Source of the DNA: an uncultured Spirochaetaceae bacterium
Lineage (GTDB): Bacteria > Spirochaetota > Spirochaetia > SZUA-6 > DRHE01
Assembly: GCA_964390045.1 (NCBI GenBank)
Contig: CAYMGP010000035.1
Coordinates: 1-39,342 of the forward strand
Length of the DNA: 39,342 nt
Direction: 5' to 3'
Shown here: piece after piece, positions 17,267-26,959 of the stretch
Layout of the letters: every line of letters starts with the position of its first letter
Position numbering within the stretch: the stretch's first letter is position 1
Program-made: the position numbers and the translations under genes
The notes under the pieces: model-generated
Told to the model about the DNA's origin: nothing
Database searches by the model: none
Seen by the model: only the letters and a program-made list of their open reading frames with translations

Positions 17267-18337
17267 ATGTTCGCCAAGCTTGAAAAGATGATGGAACGAC
17301 ACCAGGAGCTCCAGGGCCTGGTTTCAGACCCGGCGGTGATCAAGGATCAGGCCCGCTACAAGGAGCTGATGCAGGAGCTGGCCAACCTGGATGATATCGC
17401 CGCCGAATACACCCGTTACAAGCGGCTGGAATCCGAGATAACGGACGCCGAGCAGATGATCGAGGAGGGGGCGGAGGGCGAGATCGTCGACCTGGCCCGC
17501 GAGGAGCTCGAGGAACTGAGGCAGAGAGAGCAGATGTCTCTCGGGCAGCTGAAGGTGCTGCTCATTCCCAGGGATCCGATGGACCTGAAGAACATCATCA
17601 TGGAAATCCGGGCCGGCACGGGGGGGGAAGAAGCGGCCCTTTTCGCCGCCGACCTTTTTCGCATGTATTCGAAGTACGCGGAATCCCGACGCTGGAACAT
17701 TGAGGTGCTGTCCTCTCATCAAACCGAGATCGGGGGCTTCAAGGAAATCATTTTTTCTATATCGGGAAAGAACGTGTACGAGAGCCTGCGCTACGAAAGC
17801 GGCGTACACAGGGTGCAGCGGGTTCCCGTAACCGAGGCGGGGGGGCGTATTCACACCTCGGCGGTGACCGTGGCGGTGCTGCCCGAAGCGGAGGCTACCG
17901 AGGTCGAGATCCGGCCCGAAACCCTGCGGATCGATGTCTACCGGTCTTCGGGCCCGGGCGGGCAGAGCGTCAATACCACGGACTCGGCTGTACGGATTAC
18001 CCATATACCCTCGGGATTGGTGGTTACCTGTCAGGACGAAAAATCGCAGCATAAAAACAAGGCCAAGGCCCTGCGGGTTCTGCGGGCCCGTCTTTTCGAG
18101 CAGGAGGAAGAGAAGAAGCACGCCGAGCGGGCGGCCTCCCGAAGGATGCAGGTGGGTTCGGGAGACCGTTCGCAGCGGATCCGAACGTATAACTTTCCCC
18201 AGAATCGAATCACGGATCATCGTGTCAATCTGACCCTCTACCGCCTCGAGGAGGCCTTGCTCGGAGACCTGGAGGAGATCTTACAGGCTCTCAAGCTCAG
18301 CGCCCGCGAGGAGTACCTCAAAAAGCTGGCCATATGA
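17267..18337 (+). CDS. prfA: Peptide chain release factor 1
   Basis: GGQ motif ([23 protein letters not shown]) and the RF1-type PVT tripeptide ([14 protein letters not shown]). Confidence 0.9.
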   Translation: MFAKLEKMMERHQELQGLVSDPAVIKDQARYKELMQELANLDDIAAEYTRYKRLESEITDAEQMIEEGAEGEIVDLAREELEELRQREQMSLGQLKVLLIPRDPMDLKNIIMEIRAGTGGEEAALFAADLFRMYSKYAESRRWNIEVLSSHQTEIGGFKEIIFSISGKNVYESLRYESGVHRVQRVPVTEAGGRIHTSAVTVAVLPEAEATEVEIRPETLRIDVYRSSGPGGQSVNTTDSAVRITHIPSGLVVTCQDEKSQHKNKAKALRVLRARLFEQEEEKKHAERAASRRMQVGSGDRSQRIRTYNFPQNRITDHRVNLTLYRLEEALLGDLEEILQALKLSAREEYLKKLAI

Positions 18338-19182
18338 CCGTTGCCCGTGCTCTGCAGCAAGGAAAGAGCCTTCTCTTCTACGCCGAAGTGGAAACTCCGC
18401 TTCTCGATGCCACGGTTCTGCTTTCCGAAGCCCTCGGAACGAGTAAGGAGAGCCTGCTGGCCTCGCTGCCCGATCCGGTCAGCGAGCAAGGGTGGCAGCG
18501 CTACAAAGATTTTCTCGATATGCGCTGCTCGGGACTGCCCGTCTCCTACATTCGCCGCCGGAAGGAGTTCTTCAGCCTCGTCTTCTACGTGGATGAGCGG
18601 GTGCTGGTTCCCAGGCCCGATACGGAGCTGCTGGTGGAAGAGGCCCTTCGCATTTTGGAGGCAGAGCCCGGGCTCAAGAGAGTACACGACGCCTGTACGG
18701 GAAGCGGTTGTGTGGCCGTGGCCGTGAAACACAGTCGGCCGGATCTCGAGGTCTCGGCTTCGGACAATGATGGGGAAGCCCTGGAGGTGGCAGCCTTCAA
18801 TGCCAAATGTTTGCTCGCGGTCGGTTCCCGGAAGCCGATACGCCTCTATCGCTCCGATCTTCTTTCCAGGGTTCCGGGCCGCTACGACCTGATCACGGCC
18901 AATCCCCCCTATCTGACGGACGGCGAGGTAGACAACCTGAAGAAGGTGGGTTGGCCTGAACCGGAAGCCGCCCTGCGCGGCGGTCCCGACGGCATGGATC
19001 TGCTGACCCGTCTGATCCGCCAGGCGCCTGCCAAGCTCCGCTCCCCGGGGCACCTGCTTCTGGAAGCCGACCCAAAACAGATGGAAGCCCTGGGAACCGC
19101 ACTCACGGATCAGGGATTCAGCGATGTAGCCGTTTCAGCGGACCTATCCGGACGCCGGCGGGTGATCCGGGCGTGGCGATGA
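18334..19182 (+). CDS. prmC: Release-factor glutamine N5-methyltransferase (HemK/PrmC)
   Basis: NPPY motif ([10 protein letters not shown]). ATGA overlap with prfA. The arrangement matches the classic prfA-prmC operon. Confidence 0.85.
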   Translation: MTVARALQQGKSLLFYAEVETPLLDATVLLSEALGTSKESLLASLPDPVSEQGWQRYKDFLDMRCSGLPVSYIRRRKEFFSLVFYVDERVLVPRPDTELLVEEALRILEAEPGLKRVHDACTGSGCVAVAVKHSRPDLEVSASDNDGEALEVAAFNAKCLLAVGSRKPIRLYRSDLLSRVPGRYDLITANPPYLTDGEVDNLKKVGWPEPEAALRGGPDGMDLLTRLIRQAPAKLRSPGHLLLEADPKQMEALGTALTDQGFSDVAVSADLSGRRRVIRAWR

Positions 19183-19185
19183 GGC

Positions 19186-21237
19186 ATGGCTAAGAGCATG
19201 GACAATGTAGGCAGCCTGATCCGCGATTTTTCGAGCAAGCTCGACCGCTATCCGGAGCCGGAGCGCAAAAAGATCGCTTCGGCCCTGCGCTGGGGCAAGG
19301 GACTGCATCACAGCCAGAAGCGGGCCAGCGGCGAGCCCTTTTTCATTCATCCCTTGAGCGTGGCCGATATCCTGGTCGACGCCCACCTCGACTACCAGAC
19401 AGTGATCGCCGCTCTGCTGCACGATGCGCTGGAAGATACGGGGCTGTCGGCCCGTGAGCTGCGCCGCGAATATGGAAAAGAGGTTGAGGCTCTGGTTCAG
19501 GGAGTGACCAAGATTTCCGTGATCCGAGGCCGCAGCAAAACGACCCAGGCCGCCGCTACGATTCGCAAGATGCTCTTCGCCATGGTCAAGGACATCCGGG
19601 TCATCATGATCAAGCTGGCAGACAAGCTGCACAACATGCGCACTTTGGGGTATCTCGATCCCAAGAGTCAGAAGCGCATCGCCGACGAGTGCCTGGAGAT
19701 ATATGCTCCCCTGGCCGGTAGACTAGGAATGTCGAGGATCAAGAGCGAGCTGGAGGATCTGGCCCTAACGGTGCTCCATCCGCGGGTCTACGAGCAGATC
19801 ACCCATTTCGTGGAGGAGAAAGAGGAGGACCTCAACGATTTCCTGAGCTCCATGGAGCAGAGCATCGGCGAAGCGGCCGGTCGGGCCAAGATCAAGATCG
19901 ACATGGAGAGCCGGGTCAAGCACTACTACTCCATGTACAGGAAGATGAAGAAGAAGGGCAAGATCATCGACGAGATCTACGACCTGGCCGGAATGCGCAT
20001 CCTCTGCGAAACCCCGGGCCAGTGCTACGAGCTTCTCGGCATCCTGCACAGTCTTTGGAAGCCGATCGAGGGGCGTTTCAAAGACTATATAGCCATGCCT
20101 AAGTCCAACCTCTACCAGAGCCTGCACACCACGGTGATGGGTCCCGGCGGCAAGATGCTGGAAATACAGATACGCACCCGCCAGATGCACCGTACGGCCG
20201 AGGAAGGCATTGCGGCCCACTGGCTGTACAAACGGGAGCACGTGGGGGAGGGCTTCAAGCCGGAGCAGCTGACGATCATCAATATGCTGAAAAGCTGGGA
20301 CTCCTCGAGCGTCACCTCGCCCGATTTCCTCGAGGAGATCAAGCGGGAGCTTCTCAAGGACTCGCTCTACGTGTTCACGCCTCAGGGGGACATCATCGAG
20401 CTGCCACGGGGTGCGACCCCCCTGGATTTCGCCTACCACATCCATACAGAGATAGGCAATCACTGCAAGGGCGCCAAGGCGGACGGCAATCTTACCAGGC
20501 TAAACGAAGAGCTGAAAAACACACAGGTCATCGAAATCCTCACAGCCCCTTCGGCCCATCCCCACCTGAACTGGCTGCGCATGGTCAAGACCTCCCGGGC
20601 CCGCTCCAAGATCCGCCACTGGCTGGTGCAGAACGAGCCCAACCTGATCATCGATAGAAATATCGTGGCCAAGAAGAGGGCGGGCGGCGAAGCGGACAAA
20701 GCAGAAGCGGGCAGGAGGGCCCACCTGGAGCCCCGGACAGGCCGTCGCTGGCGGGGGCGCATGGAATCGGAGAGGCGGGTGCGGGATGCCACCAAGGTGG
20801 GCATACGCATCGGCGAGGAGCGGAACATGATGATCCGCCTGGCCGGCTGCTGCCAGCCCGCTGCGGGCGATCAAATCGTGGGCTACATCTCCCGCGGGCG
20901 GGGCATCATCGTGCACAAGGCAAATTGCCCGAACCTAAAATACATAAAAGACTTCGATCAGCGGCATTTAGAAGTGGAATGGGAGACGGTCAGCCCAAAA
21001 GCCACCCGTCGCTTCGAGGTCACGGCCCGCACCACGACCAACCTCTTCTCCGAGGTCGAGGGGGCGATCAAAAAGTTCCACGGCCACCTGATCGAAGGCA
21101 AGCTCGAGGAGAACATCCCGGAAACCCTGCAGGGCTTCTTCACGGTGGAGCTGGACAGCGGCGAGGATTTCTCCAGAGTGCTGAAGAGCCTGCGTACCAT
21201 TCCCTCGGTTCTGCAGATCCGCAGCACCGGCGGCTGA
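19186..21237 (+). CDS. rel: Bifunctional (p)ppGpp synthetase/hydrolase (RelA/SpoT homologue)
   Basis: HD hydrolase motif (HDALEDT), synthetase region (DLAGMRILCETPGQCY ... RFKDYIAMPKSNLYQSLHTTV), TGS (DSLYVFTPQGDIIELPRGATPLDFAY) and C-terminal ACT-like regions. Confidence 0.9.
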   Translation: MAKSMDNVGSLIRDFSSKLDRYPEPERKKIASALRWGKGLHHSQKRASGEPFFIHPLSVADILVDAHLDYQTVIAALLHDALEDTGLSARELRREYGKEVEALVQGVTKISVIRGRSKTTQAAATIRKMLFAMVKDIRVIMIKLADKLHNMRTLGYLDPKSQKRIADECLEIYAPLAGRLGMSRIKSELEDLALTVLHPRVYEQITHFVEEKEEDLNDFLSSMEQSIGEAAGRAKIKIDMESRVKHYYSMYRKMKKKGKIIDEIYDLAGMRILCETPGQCYELLGILHSLWKPIEGRFKDYIAMPKSNLYQSLHTTVMGPGGKMLEIQIRTRQMHRTAEEGIAAHWLYKREHVGEGFKPEQLTIINMLKSWDSSSVTSPDFLEEIKRELLKDSLYVFTPQGDIIELPRGATPLDFAYHIHTEIGNHCKGAKADGNLTRLNEELKNTQVIEILTAPSAHPHLNWLRMVKTSRARSKIRHWLVQNEPNLIIDRNIVAKKRAGGEADKAEAGRRAHLEPRTGRRWRGRMESERRVRDATKVGIRIGEERNMMIRLAGCCQPAAGDQIVGYISRGRGIIVHKANCPNLKYIKDFDQRHLEVEWETVSPKATRRFEVTARTTTNLFSEVEGAIKKFHGHLIEGKLEENIPETLQGFFTVELDSGEDFSRVLKSLRTIPSVLQIRSTGG

Positions 21238-21509
21238 AGCCGCCCGGCTCTCACGTCACCTCAGTCACGCAAAAATTTAAAAAAAACCTGAATTACCACC
21301 CGCATTGTGGTATCCATTGTAAGGTTTGGGCGAATCAACGTCCTGATGTACATGAGTAGCCCAGCCCCCCGACATTAAATAGATAAAAGTCAACTACGAA
21401 ACGCGATCCCTGCCGAAAAAAACATTGTAGGAAGGCAGGAGAGGCGATTTCAGCGCGTACACCGAGAGGGAAGGGCGGTCAAGCGCGTCGAAGGGAGAGA
21501 CGTGGGAAG

Positions 21510-24500
21510 ATGAAGACTTGGACCAAGAGAGCCTCCATTACGATACTCCTTATAAGCGTATTACTGGCCGCCGTTAACTGTAAGAATCCGTTCACTCAGA
21601 TCGGCCTGGGCGACAAGGTCGATCTGGAGGTTCCGGACCTCGCCGTAACCAGCCACGGCAATGGAGGGTATGTCGGCGGGACAATTGCACTGACCGGTAC
21701 CTATGCCGACGACATCGATGTGGCGAGCATCCGAATTTCAATCGCCGGCGAGGCTTTCGCCGAGGCCACGGTCAACCCGAACAACACGTGGAGTTTCACA
21801 ATTGACACCACGACTTTTACAGATGGTGAAAAGGAGCTGGTCATTTTGGTAGAGGATTCCTCGGCAAAGGTGATCGAAAAACGCCTACTTCTGTTTTTCG
21901 ACAACAAGCCGCCCCTCGTGCTGGTCAGCGTTCCCTTCAACTACGACCCGGCCAACAACGCCTTCAACGGGACTTTCAGTATCAAGGGCGACGCCTACGA
22001 CGCCTTCGGGATCCAGGAGGTCACCGTCGAGCTGAGGGATATCACCGATCCGGCCAACAAGATCGTGGCCGCCGCGGCCGGCACAAACAGCTGGAGCGCG
22101 ACCTTCGACAGTACGACCCTCTCACCCCAGAACGGCGATTTCTACGTCATCGTCACGGCCAAAGACAAATCGGACAACGCCAACAGCTATGTTTTCCACT
22201 CCTACGACATCTACGATTGGTACGAGACCAATCATCCGAGCAATATAGAGACCGTTACGGTGGAACAGCTGTACAGCATGGACCAGGGCGTGGACGAGGG
22301 CCTTCTGCTGAAGCCCGCCGATCTGCCCGCCCTGCAGAAACTTCCGCCTGTCTCCGGATCGGAGCTGATAATCAAGATCGACCAGGCGGAAGACCTTCCC
22401 AAGTTTGTGATAAGCAACCCGGATGAGAACTCCTCCCCGGCCGAAAACATCATCGGGGCCAGCGCCAATGCCATCGGCATCGTGGAGGACGATGACGGGG
22501 TGAATCCGAGCACAATCGAGATCAGCATCGACGGAGGTGCCTGGGAGTCTCCCACCCAGATCATTCCGAACACGGGATATCCGCTCTCGGTTCGCTGGCA
22601 GTACGATTTGCCCGCTCTTAGCGAAGGGCTGCACGACATACAGGTGCGGGCTCAGGATATGTACGCGAAGTCGAGTTCCAGCCCGCTGGTGGGATTCACC
22701 ATCGATACAGGCGCCCCGGCCGTAGCGGTTGATACCCCGGATCAGGGCAGCTATCACAGCGGCGACTTCCTGATTACGGGAACGGCCTCCGATCCCCAGG
22801 GTGTGACCGAGGTGAAGGTCAGCACGGACGGGGGTAGCAGCTACAACGATGCCAACGGCCTGGGTTCCTGGGACTACCTGGTAACCGTGCCCGGCGACGG
22901 CTCGTGGGACGGGAACCAAACGATCAAGGTGCTGGCCAAGGACGGCTCGGGAAAAACGGCCTACACCAACCTGCAGGTTATTATCGACACGGAAGACCCG
23001 ATCGTGAGCTTCCTCACCCCGGGCAACTCCGCCACGGTGAACGGAGAGGTTTTACTCAAGGGGGTTTCTTCAGACAACACCCAGGTGAGCAAGGTTGAGC
23101 TCAAGATCGGCAAGGTTGATCCCTGGATCGAGATGAGCGGCACCTACAACTGGGAGTACACGATAGACAGCGTGAGCTACGCCAACGACACCCACTCCGA
23201 CCAAACCCCGCCGGCCAGCGGCGTCTGGAAGCTGAACATTCAGGCCCGGTCCACCGACGTGGCCGGCAACGTCACAGTGCTCGGCAACTACAACCTGTTC
23301 ATCGACAATGACATGGACAAGCCTACGGTCAACATCGTTTCTCCGGCCGACCTGCAGAACATAGGCGGTTCGGTGCTGGTCAACGGCACGGCCTTCGACG
23401 ACGATGCCGTGCAGAAGGTGCAGATGAAGCTCGATCTGGACAACGACGGACTGTTCACCAATCAATACAGCCTGAACGGAGACGCGGACTACGACGATCC
23501 GTTCGAAAAGGAAACCGAGTGGTACGATATCAGCGGGATCACCACCTGGACCCAGGAGCTGAACACGGCCGGCGAGCTCTACCAGACCGACGGCAACAAT
23601 GACGGCTGGATCACGGTGCGGGTGCGCGCGGTGGACATCAACACGGTGGAAGGCAATCCTCAGGAAATCAAGATCCACTTCGACGACACGATTCCCCGCT
23701 TCGAGAACATCAGCCACGCTTCGGGCGACTACGTCAAACAGACCTTCAACCTGACAGCCGATGTTCTGGACGACGTCGCGGTGGCCGATATCTACATCAG
23801 CTACGACGGCGGGGTAAACTACGACGATGTGCTCAACGATCCGAGCTACAGCGGGATGTTCAGCGTGATCCCCGACGGCTACCACATCGACATTCCCATC
23901 GACACCTCGGCGACCTCGAGCGGCATTCTCTACCTGCGCCTCAAGGTAGTGGACAATGCCAACTTCCAGAAACTGAACTACATCAACCTCAATGTTGATA
24001 ACGTATATCCAACAGGCGCCTATCCGGGCGACAGCATGGACATCTACGGCGCCGACATATTTTCCCGTGTTCAGGGCACGGCCGAAGATACGGGCAGCGT
24101 CAGCGGGATCGAGGAGATCCACGTCTACTTCGTCCGCGGCGCGAATGTTTACAATCCTCTGACCGGAGCGACAAGCGCCTGGGTACTCAATGACTTCGGT
24201 GTCGACGGCGGCGGAAATGCGCCGTACACGACGGATCCGAGCTTCAAGATCCTCATCGACAACCGCTACGAGCTCGGAGACGACAACGGCAGCTTCGGCG
24301 ATCTCGACGGTCACGACGAGTCCCTGACGGTCGGCGGATCGACGTACAACTGGTGGGCGGAGTTCGACTCCACCAAGATAAGCGACGGCACGATCGACAT
24401 CCACTATGTGGTCTTCGACAACGCCGGCAACGGACATCACTATCTGAAGCCCGGATTTATCAAGAACCACAAGCCCTCGATCACCTCACTGACGGTGGGC

Positions 24501-26906
24501 AGCGATGTGGACATGAGCAATGACGTTGAGGTTGATGAGCGGTTTCCATACGTGGGATCGTTTACAGCCCGCAACAAGATGTATATCGCGATCGTCGCCG
24601 ACGACAACAATCCTCCCGGCCTCAGCTACGAGATCATCCACAATCCGGCCGGCTATAACAACACGGTCTTTACGTCTTCCTCCGGGCAGTTCTTTATCAC
24701 CGCCTCGCCCGAGTACGATGACGGACCCACGGATTTCCTCTGCAGGGTCACGGACAGCGACGGCATCGTGGTGGAAACGACGATCCTGGCCACGATCGAG
24801 AACGAGGATGCAGTGGATCCGGCGGTAACCATCGAAGCCCTGGTGGACGGTGACGCCCCGACGGGACACATTGAGCTATACGACGACAGCCTGTTCGACG
24901 GTCCTCCGGACGCCGATGTCAGCGGCACGATCGTGCTGCACGGCACGGCAAGCGACAACCAGCGGATCCAGTCGATCCAGGTCAAGATTACGAATTTCGA
25001 CGCGGGCAATGGTCCGGGCAATTACCACCCAGTGGCCACCTGGTCCGGCGGCCATCTCGATGATTCCGGCGATGACAATTTCACCATCATCGACCCGGAG
25101 CTTTCCGAAGCGGTCGGGCACCAGATAAAATGGGAATACTCGTGGGATACGAGCGGGGTGACCAATTCGGCGGCCAAGAACATAAGCGTGGAGTTCAAGG
25201 TGACGGACTTCGCCGCGCCGGTGCGAACCAAAAGCGACACCAAGTACTACGACGTGGTGCCCTACATCGCCGCGGTTTCAACCCAGACGGGCGGAATCAA
25301 GGACGGCAACATCCGGGCCGCCTCCGGAAACTACTCGATCCGCCAGAACCTGGTAGACAACTCGGATCTGATTACCTTGACGGGCTACAACCTGCAGCCT
25401 ATCACCGGGGGTGTGCGCGTTTCCAGCGATCCCGATGGATTGGTCGGCACCACCCTGCAGGGAACCTCCCTTACGGTGGACAGCTCGGGCATACCCTGGG
25501 AGGTGCTGGTGGTGCGCAAGGACACCGATCGATCCGGGTACCTGACAGTTGTAGCCGGAACGGCCGCCGATCCGATTCCCAGCCTGAACAACGTCAACGA
25601 CAACTCGCAGAGCTACAATCAGGAACCGGACATCTACTCCAAGAACGATCTGCTGACCGACGACCGCTACCTGCGTCTGTTCGAGGTCACGGAAACGGGC
25701 TACGACAACGGCTACTATCCCGCCATGATCATGAACGGGGATAATCCCGTGTTCGCCTACTGCGAGGACAACAGCGGGGAAGCCCGCAGAAACGCTACGA
25801 CTATGGGCGAGGGGTGGTACCACAGGATGAGCGCCTTGACCCGCGACGGCGTGGACAACTACTATCAGGTTTCCGTGCACGACGCCTTCGGCAACAGCCG
25901 ACACGGCCACCTCAACATCTTCTACAACAACTACGGGGGGCGTATCTATCCCAACAACTGGCCGGAGTCGGCCGGGGACGGCAACAATGTCATCGCCCTG
26001 GACAACATCACGTACAGTGGTACCAAACTCAACCGCTTCCACTACCCGCGCTTGATCGCGGTGGGCGACGACACAAAAGCTCAGGTATATCTGAGCTACT
26101 ACGACGACGAACCGTCGATCGAGGATCTTATCATCCGCGTCTTCCAGATAGGCACCAACTGCGACGGCACCGAGCTGACCAATCTGGCCGCCGGCGTGGA
26201 CAGCAATCAGAACGAAGCCAACGGCGACGGAACCGCTCCAGGAAGGAACACGCTGGCCGGTTCGGCGAGCAAATACTTCGACATGGGGTTGACCTCGGGC
26301 GGGGACCTGGTCGTAGCCTACTACGACGAGATGGCCAATCGATTGAAGGTCACCTACAATGAGGATCCCGTCAACGCCTCCGGTCTGTACGGCGGAAGCT
26401 TTCCGATTCATACGAGCATGGACACGACGTACAACGGGGCCCACGTATCCCTGGCCGTGGACACCGCGGATCACATCCATATCGCCTACTACGATTCGGC
26501 CAGCGCCGATCTCAAGTACATCTACCTCGACAGCTACAACGACAGCACCCCGGACATCGCACGGGTCGATGCCTATCACTCGGTAGGCTTGTGGACCGAC
26601 ATCCAGGTCGATTCTTCGGGAATACCCTACATCGCCTATTACAACAACTCGGAGAACGGCACGGTGGATTCGATAAAACTGGCTTACTTCCTCGGCAGTC
26701 TGCCCACGGTCACCGACGGAGTGGACGGCTCGGGCAACATCACGGGGAACTGGGAATGTATGACCGTTCCCGTAACGGGTGTGCCCCGCGGCGGCCTGCC
26801 CCAGTTCAACAGGGTAAGTCTGGGCTTCGACGCCTCGGGCGATCCGCTGCTGGGCTACCTGGCCGATGATATCGAGTATTCGAGGATGCTTCCCGAGCTT
26901 CCCTAG
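21510..26906 (+). CDS. Giant (1798 aa) surface lipoprotein with many Ig-like (Big-type) repeat domains and a C-terminal repeat region
   Basis: Signal peptide plus a Cys (LLAAVNC). Recurring domain signature G[TA]xDdxxVxxVxv. The C-terminal approximately 200 aa contain repeated (I/V)AYYD ... LK(V/Y) strand-like units. Confidence 0.6.
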   Translation: MKTWTKRASITILLISVLLAAVNCKNPFTQIGLGDKVDLEVPDLAVTSHGNGGYVGGTIALTGTYADDIDVASIRISIAGEAFAEATVNPNNTWSFTIDTTTFTDGEKELVILVEDSSAKVIEKRLLLFFDNKPPLVLVSVPFNYDPANNAFNGTFSIKGDAYDAFGIQEVTVELRDITDPANKIVAAAAGTNSWSATFDSTTLSPQNGDFYVIVTAKDKSDNANSYVFHSYDIYDWYETNHPSNIETVTVEQLYSMDQGVDEGLLLKPADLPALQKLPPVSGSELIIKIDQAEDLPKFVISNPDENSSPAENIIGASANAIGIVEDDDGVNPSTIEISIDGGAWESPTQIIPNTGYPLSVRWQYDLPALSEGLHDIQVRAQDMYAKSSSSPLVGFTIDTGAPAVAVDTPDQGSYHSGDFLITGTASDPQGVTEVKVSTDGGSSYNDANGLGSWDYLVTVPGDGSWDGNQTIKVLAKDGSGKTAYTNLQVIIDTEDPIVSFLTPGNSATVNGEVLLKGVSSDNTQVSKVELKIGKVDPWIEMSGTYNWEYTIDSVSYANDTHSDQTPPASGVWKLNIQARSTDVAGNVTVLGNYNLFIDNDMDKPTVNIVSPADLQNIGGSVLVNGTAFDDDAVQKVQMKLDLDNDGLFTNQYSLNGDADYDDPFEKETEWYDISGITTWTQELNTAGELYQTDGNNDGWITVRVRAVDINTVEGNPQEIKIHFDDTIPRFENISHASGDYVKQTFNLTADVLDDVAVADIYISYDGGVNYDDVLNDPSYSGMFSVIPDGYHIDIPIDTSATSSGILYLRLKVVDNANFQKLNYINLNVDNVYPTGAYPGDSMDIYGADIFSRVQGTAEDTGSVSGIEEIHVYFVRGANVYNPLTGATSAWVLNDFGVDGGGNAPYTTDPSFKILIDNRYELGDDNGSFGDLDGHDESLTVGGSTYNWWAEFDSTKISDGTIDIHYVVFDNAGNGHHYLKPGFIKNHKPSITSLTVGSDVDMSNDVEVDERFPYVGSFTARNKMYIAIVADDNNPPGLSYEIIHNPAGYNNTVFTSSSGQFFITASPEYDDGPTDFLCRVTDSDGIVVETTILATIENEDAVDPAVTIEALVDGDAPTGHIELYDDSLFDGPPDADVSGTIVLHGTASDNQRIQSIQVKITNFDAGNGPGNYHPVATWSGGHLDDSGDDNFTIIDPELSEAVGHQIKWEYSWDTSGVTNSAAKNISVEFKVTDFAAPVRTKSDTKYYDVVPYIAAVSTQTGGIKDGNIRAASGNYSIRQNLVDNSDLITLTGYNLQPITGGVRVSSDPDGLVGTTLQGTSLTVDSSGIPWEVLVVRKDTDRSGYLTVVAGTAADPIPSLNNVNDNSQSYNQEPDIYSKNDLLTDDRYLRLFEVTETGYDNGYYPAMIMNGDNPVFAYCEDNSGEARRNATTMGEGWYHRMSALTRDGVDNYYQVSVHDAFGNSRHGHLNIFYNNYGGRIYPNNWPESAGDGNNVIALDNITYSGTKLNRFHYPRLIAVGDDTKAQVYLSYYDDEPSIEDLIIRVFQIGTNCDGTELTNLAAGVDSNQNEANGDGTAPGRNTLAGSASKYFDMGLTSGGDLVVAYYDEMANRLKVTYNEDPVNASGLYGGSFPIHTSMDTTYNGAHVSLAVDTADHIHIAYYDSASADLKYIYLDSYNDSTPDIARVDAYHSVGLWTDIQVDSSGIPYIAYYNNSENGTVDSIKLAYFLGSLPTVTDGVDGSGNITGNWECMTVPVTGVPRGGLPQFNRVSLGFDASGDPLLGYLADDIEYSRMLPELP

Positions 26907-26959
26907 AACAACCGGTTGGCGGATTGCATGATGGCTTTGCAGATTAGATAGGAGGCAGG

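Noticed and set aside
17100-17267. Possible tRNA, small RNA or terminator in the 150-nt rhomboid-prfA spacer (short hairpin CACAATC-c-GATTGTG; GCCTGAGG direct repeat)
   Set aside because: There is no tRNA-like T-arm (GTTCRANYC) or acceptor-stem complementarity. The hairpin has essentially no loop and no T-run. It is treated as an ordinary intergenic or promoter region.
21237-21510. c-di-GMP riboswitch (GEMM) upstream of the giant adhesin-like gene
   Set aside because: I looked for the conserved GNRA tetraloop and receptor, and for the ACGCAAAGC / GGGACGCAAAGCC blocks, and did not find them. The region is simply a 270-nt AT-richer leader. An RNA covariance-model search would settle it.
23070-24470. 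466-aa minus-strand ORF, and similar long antisense ORFs at 25278-26579(-), 24486-24869(-) and 22122-22919(-), inside the first giant gene
   Set aside because: They are antisense to a strongly supported, repeat-structured coding region. Their low-complexity, V/D/G/R-rich translations are typical of stop-codon-poor antisense frames in GC-rich DNA. They have no RBS and no recognisable domains.
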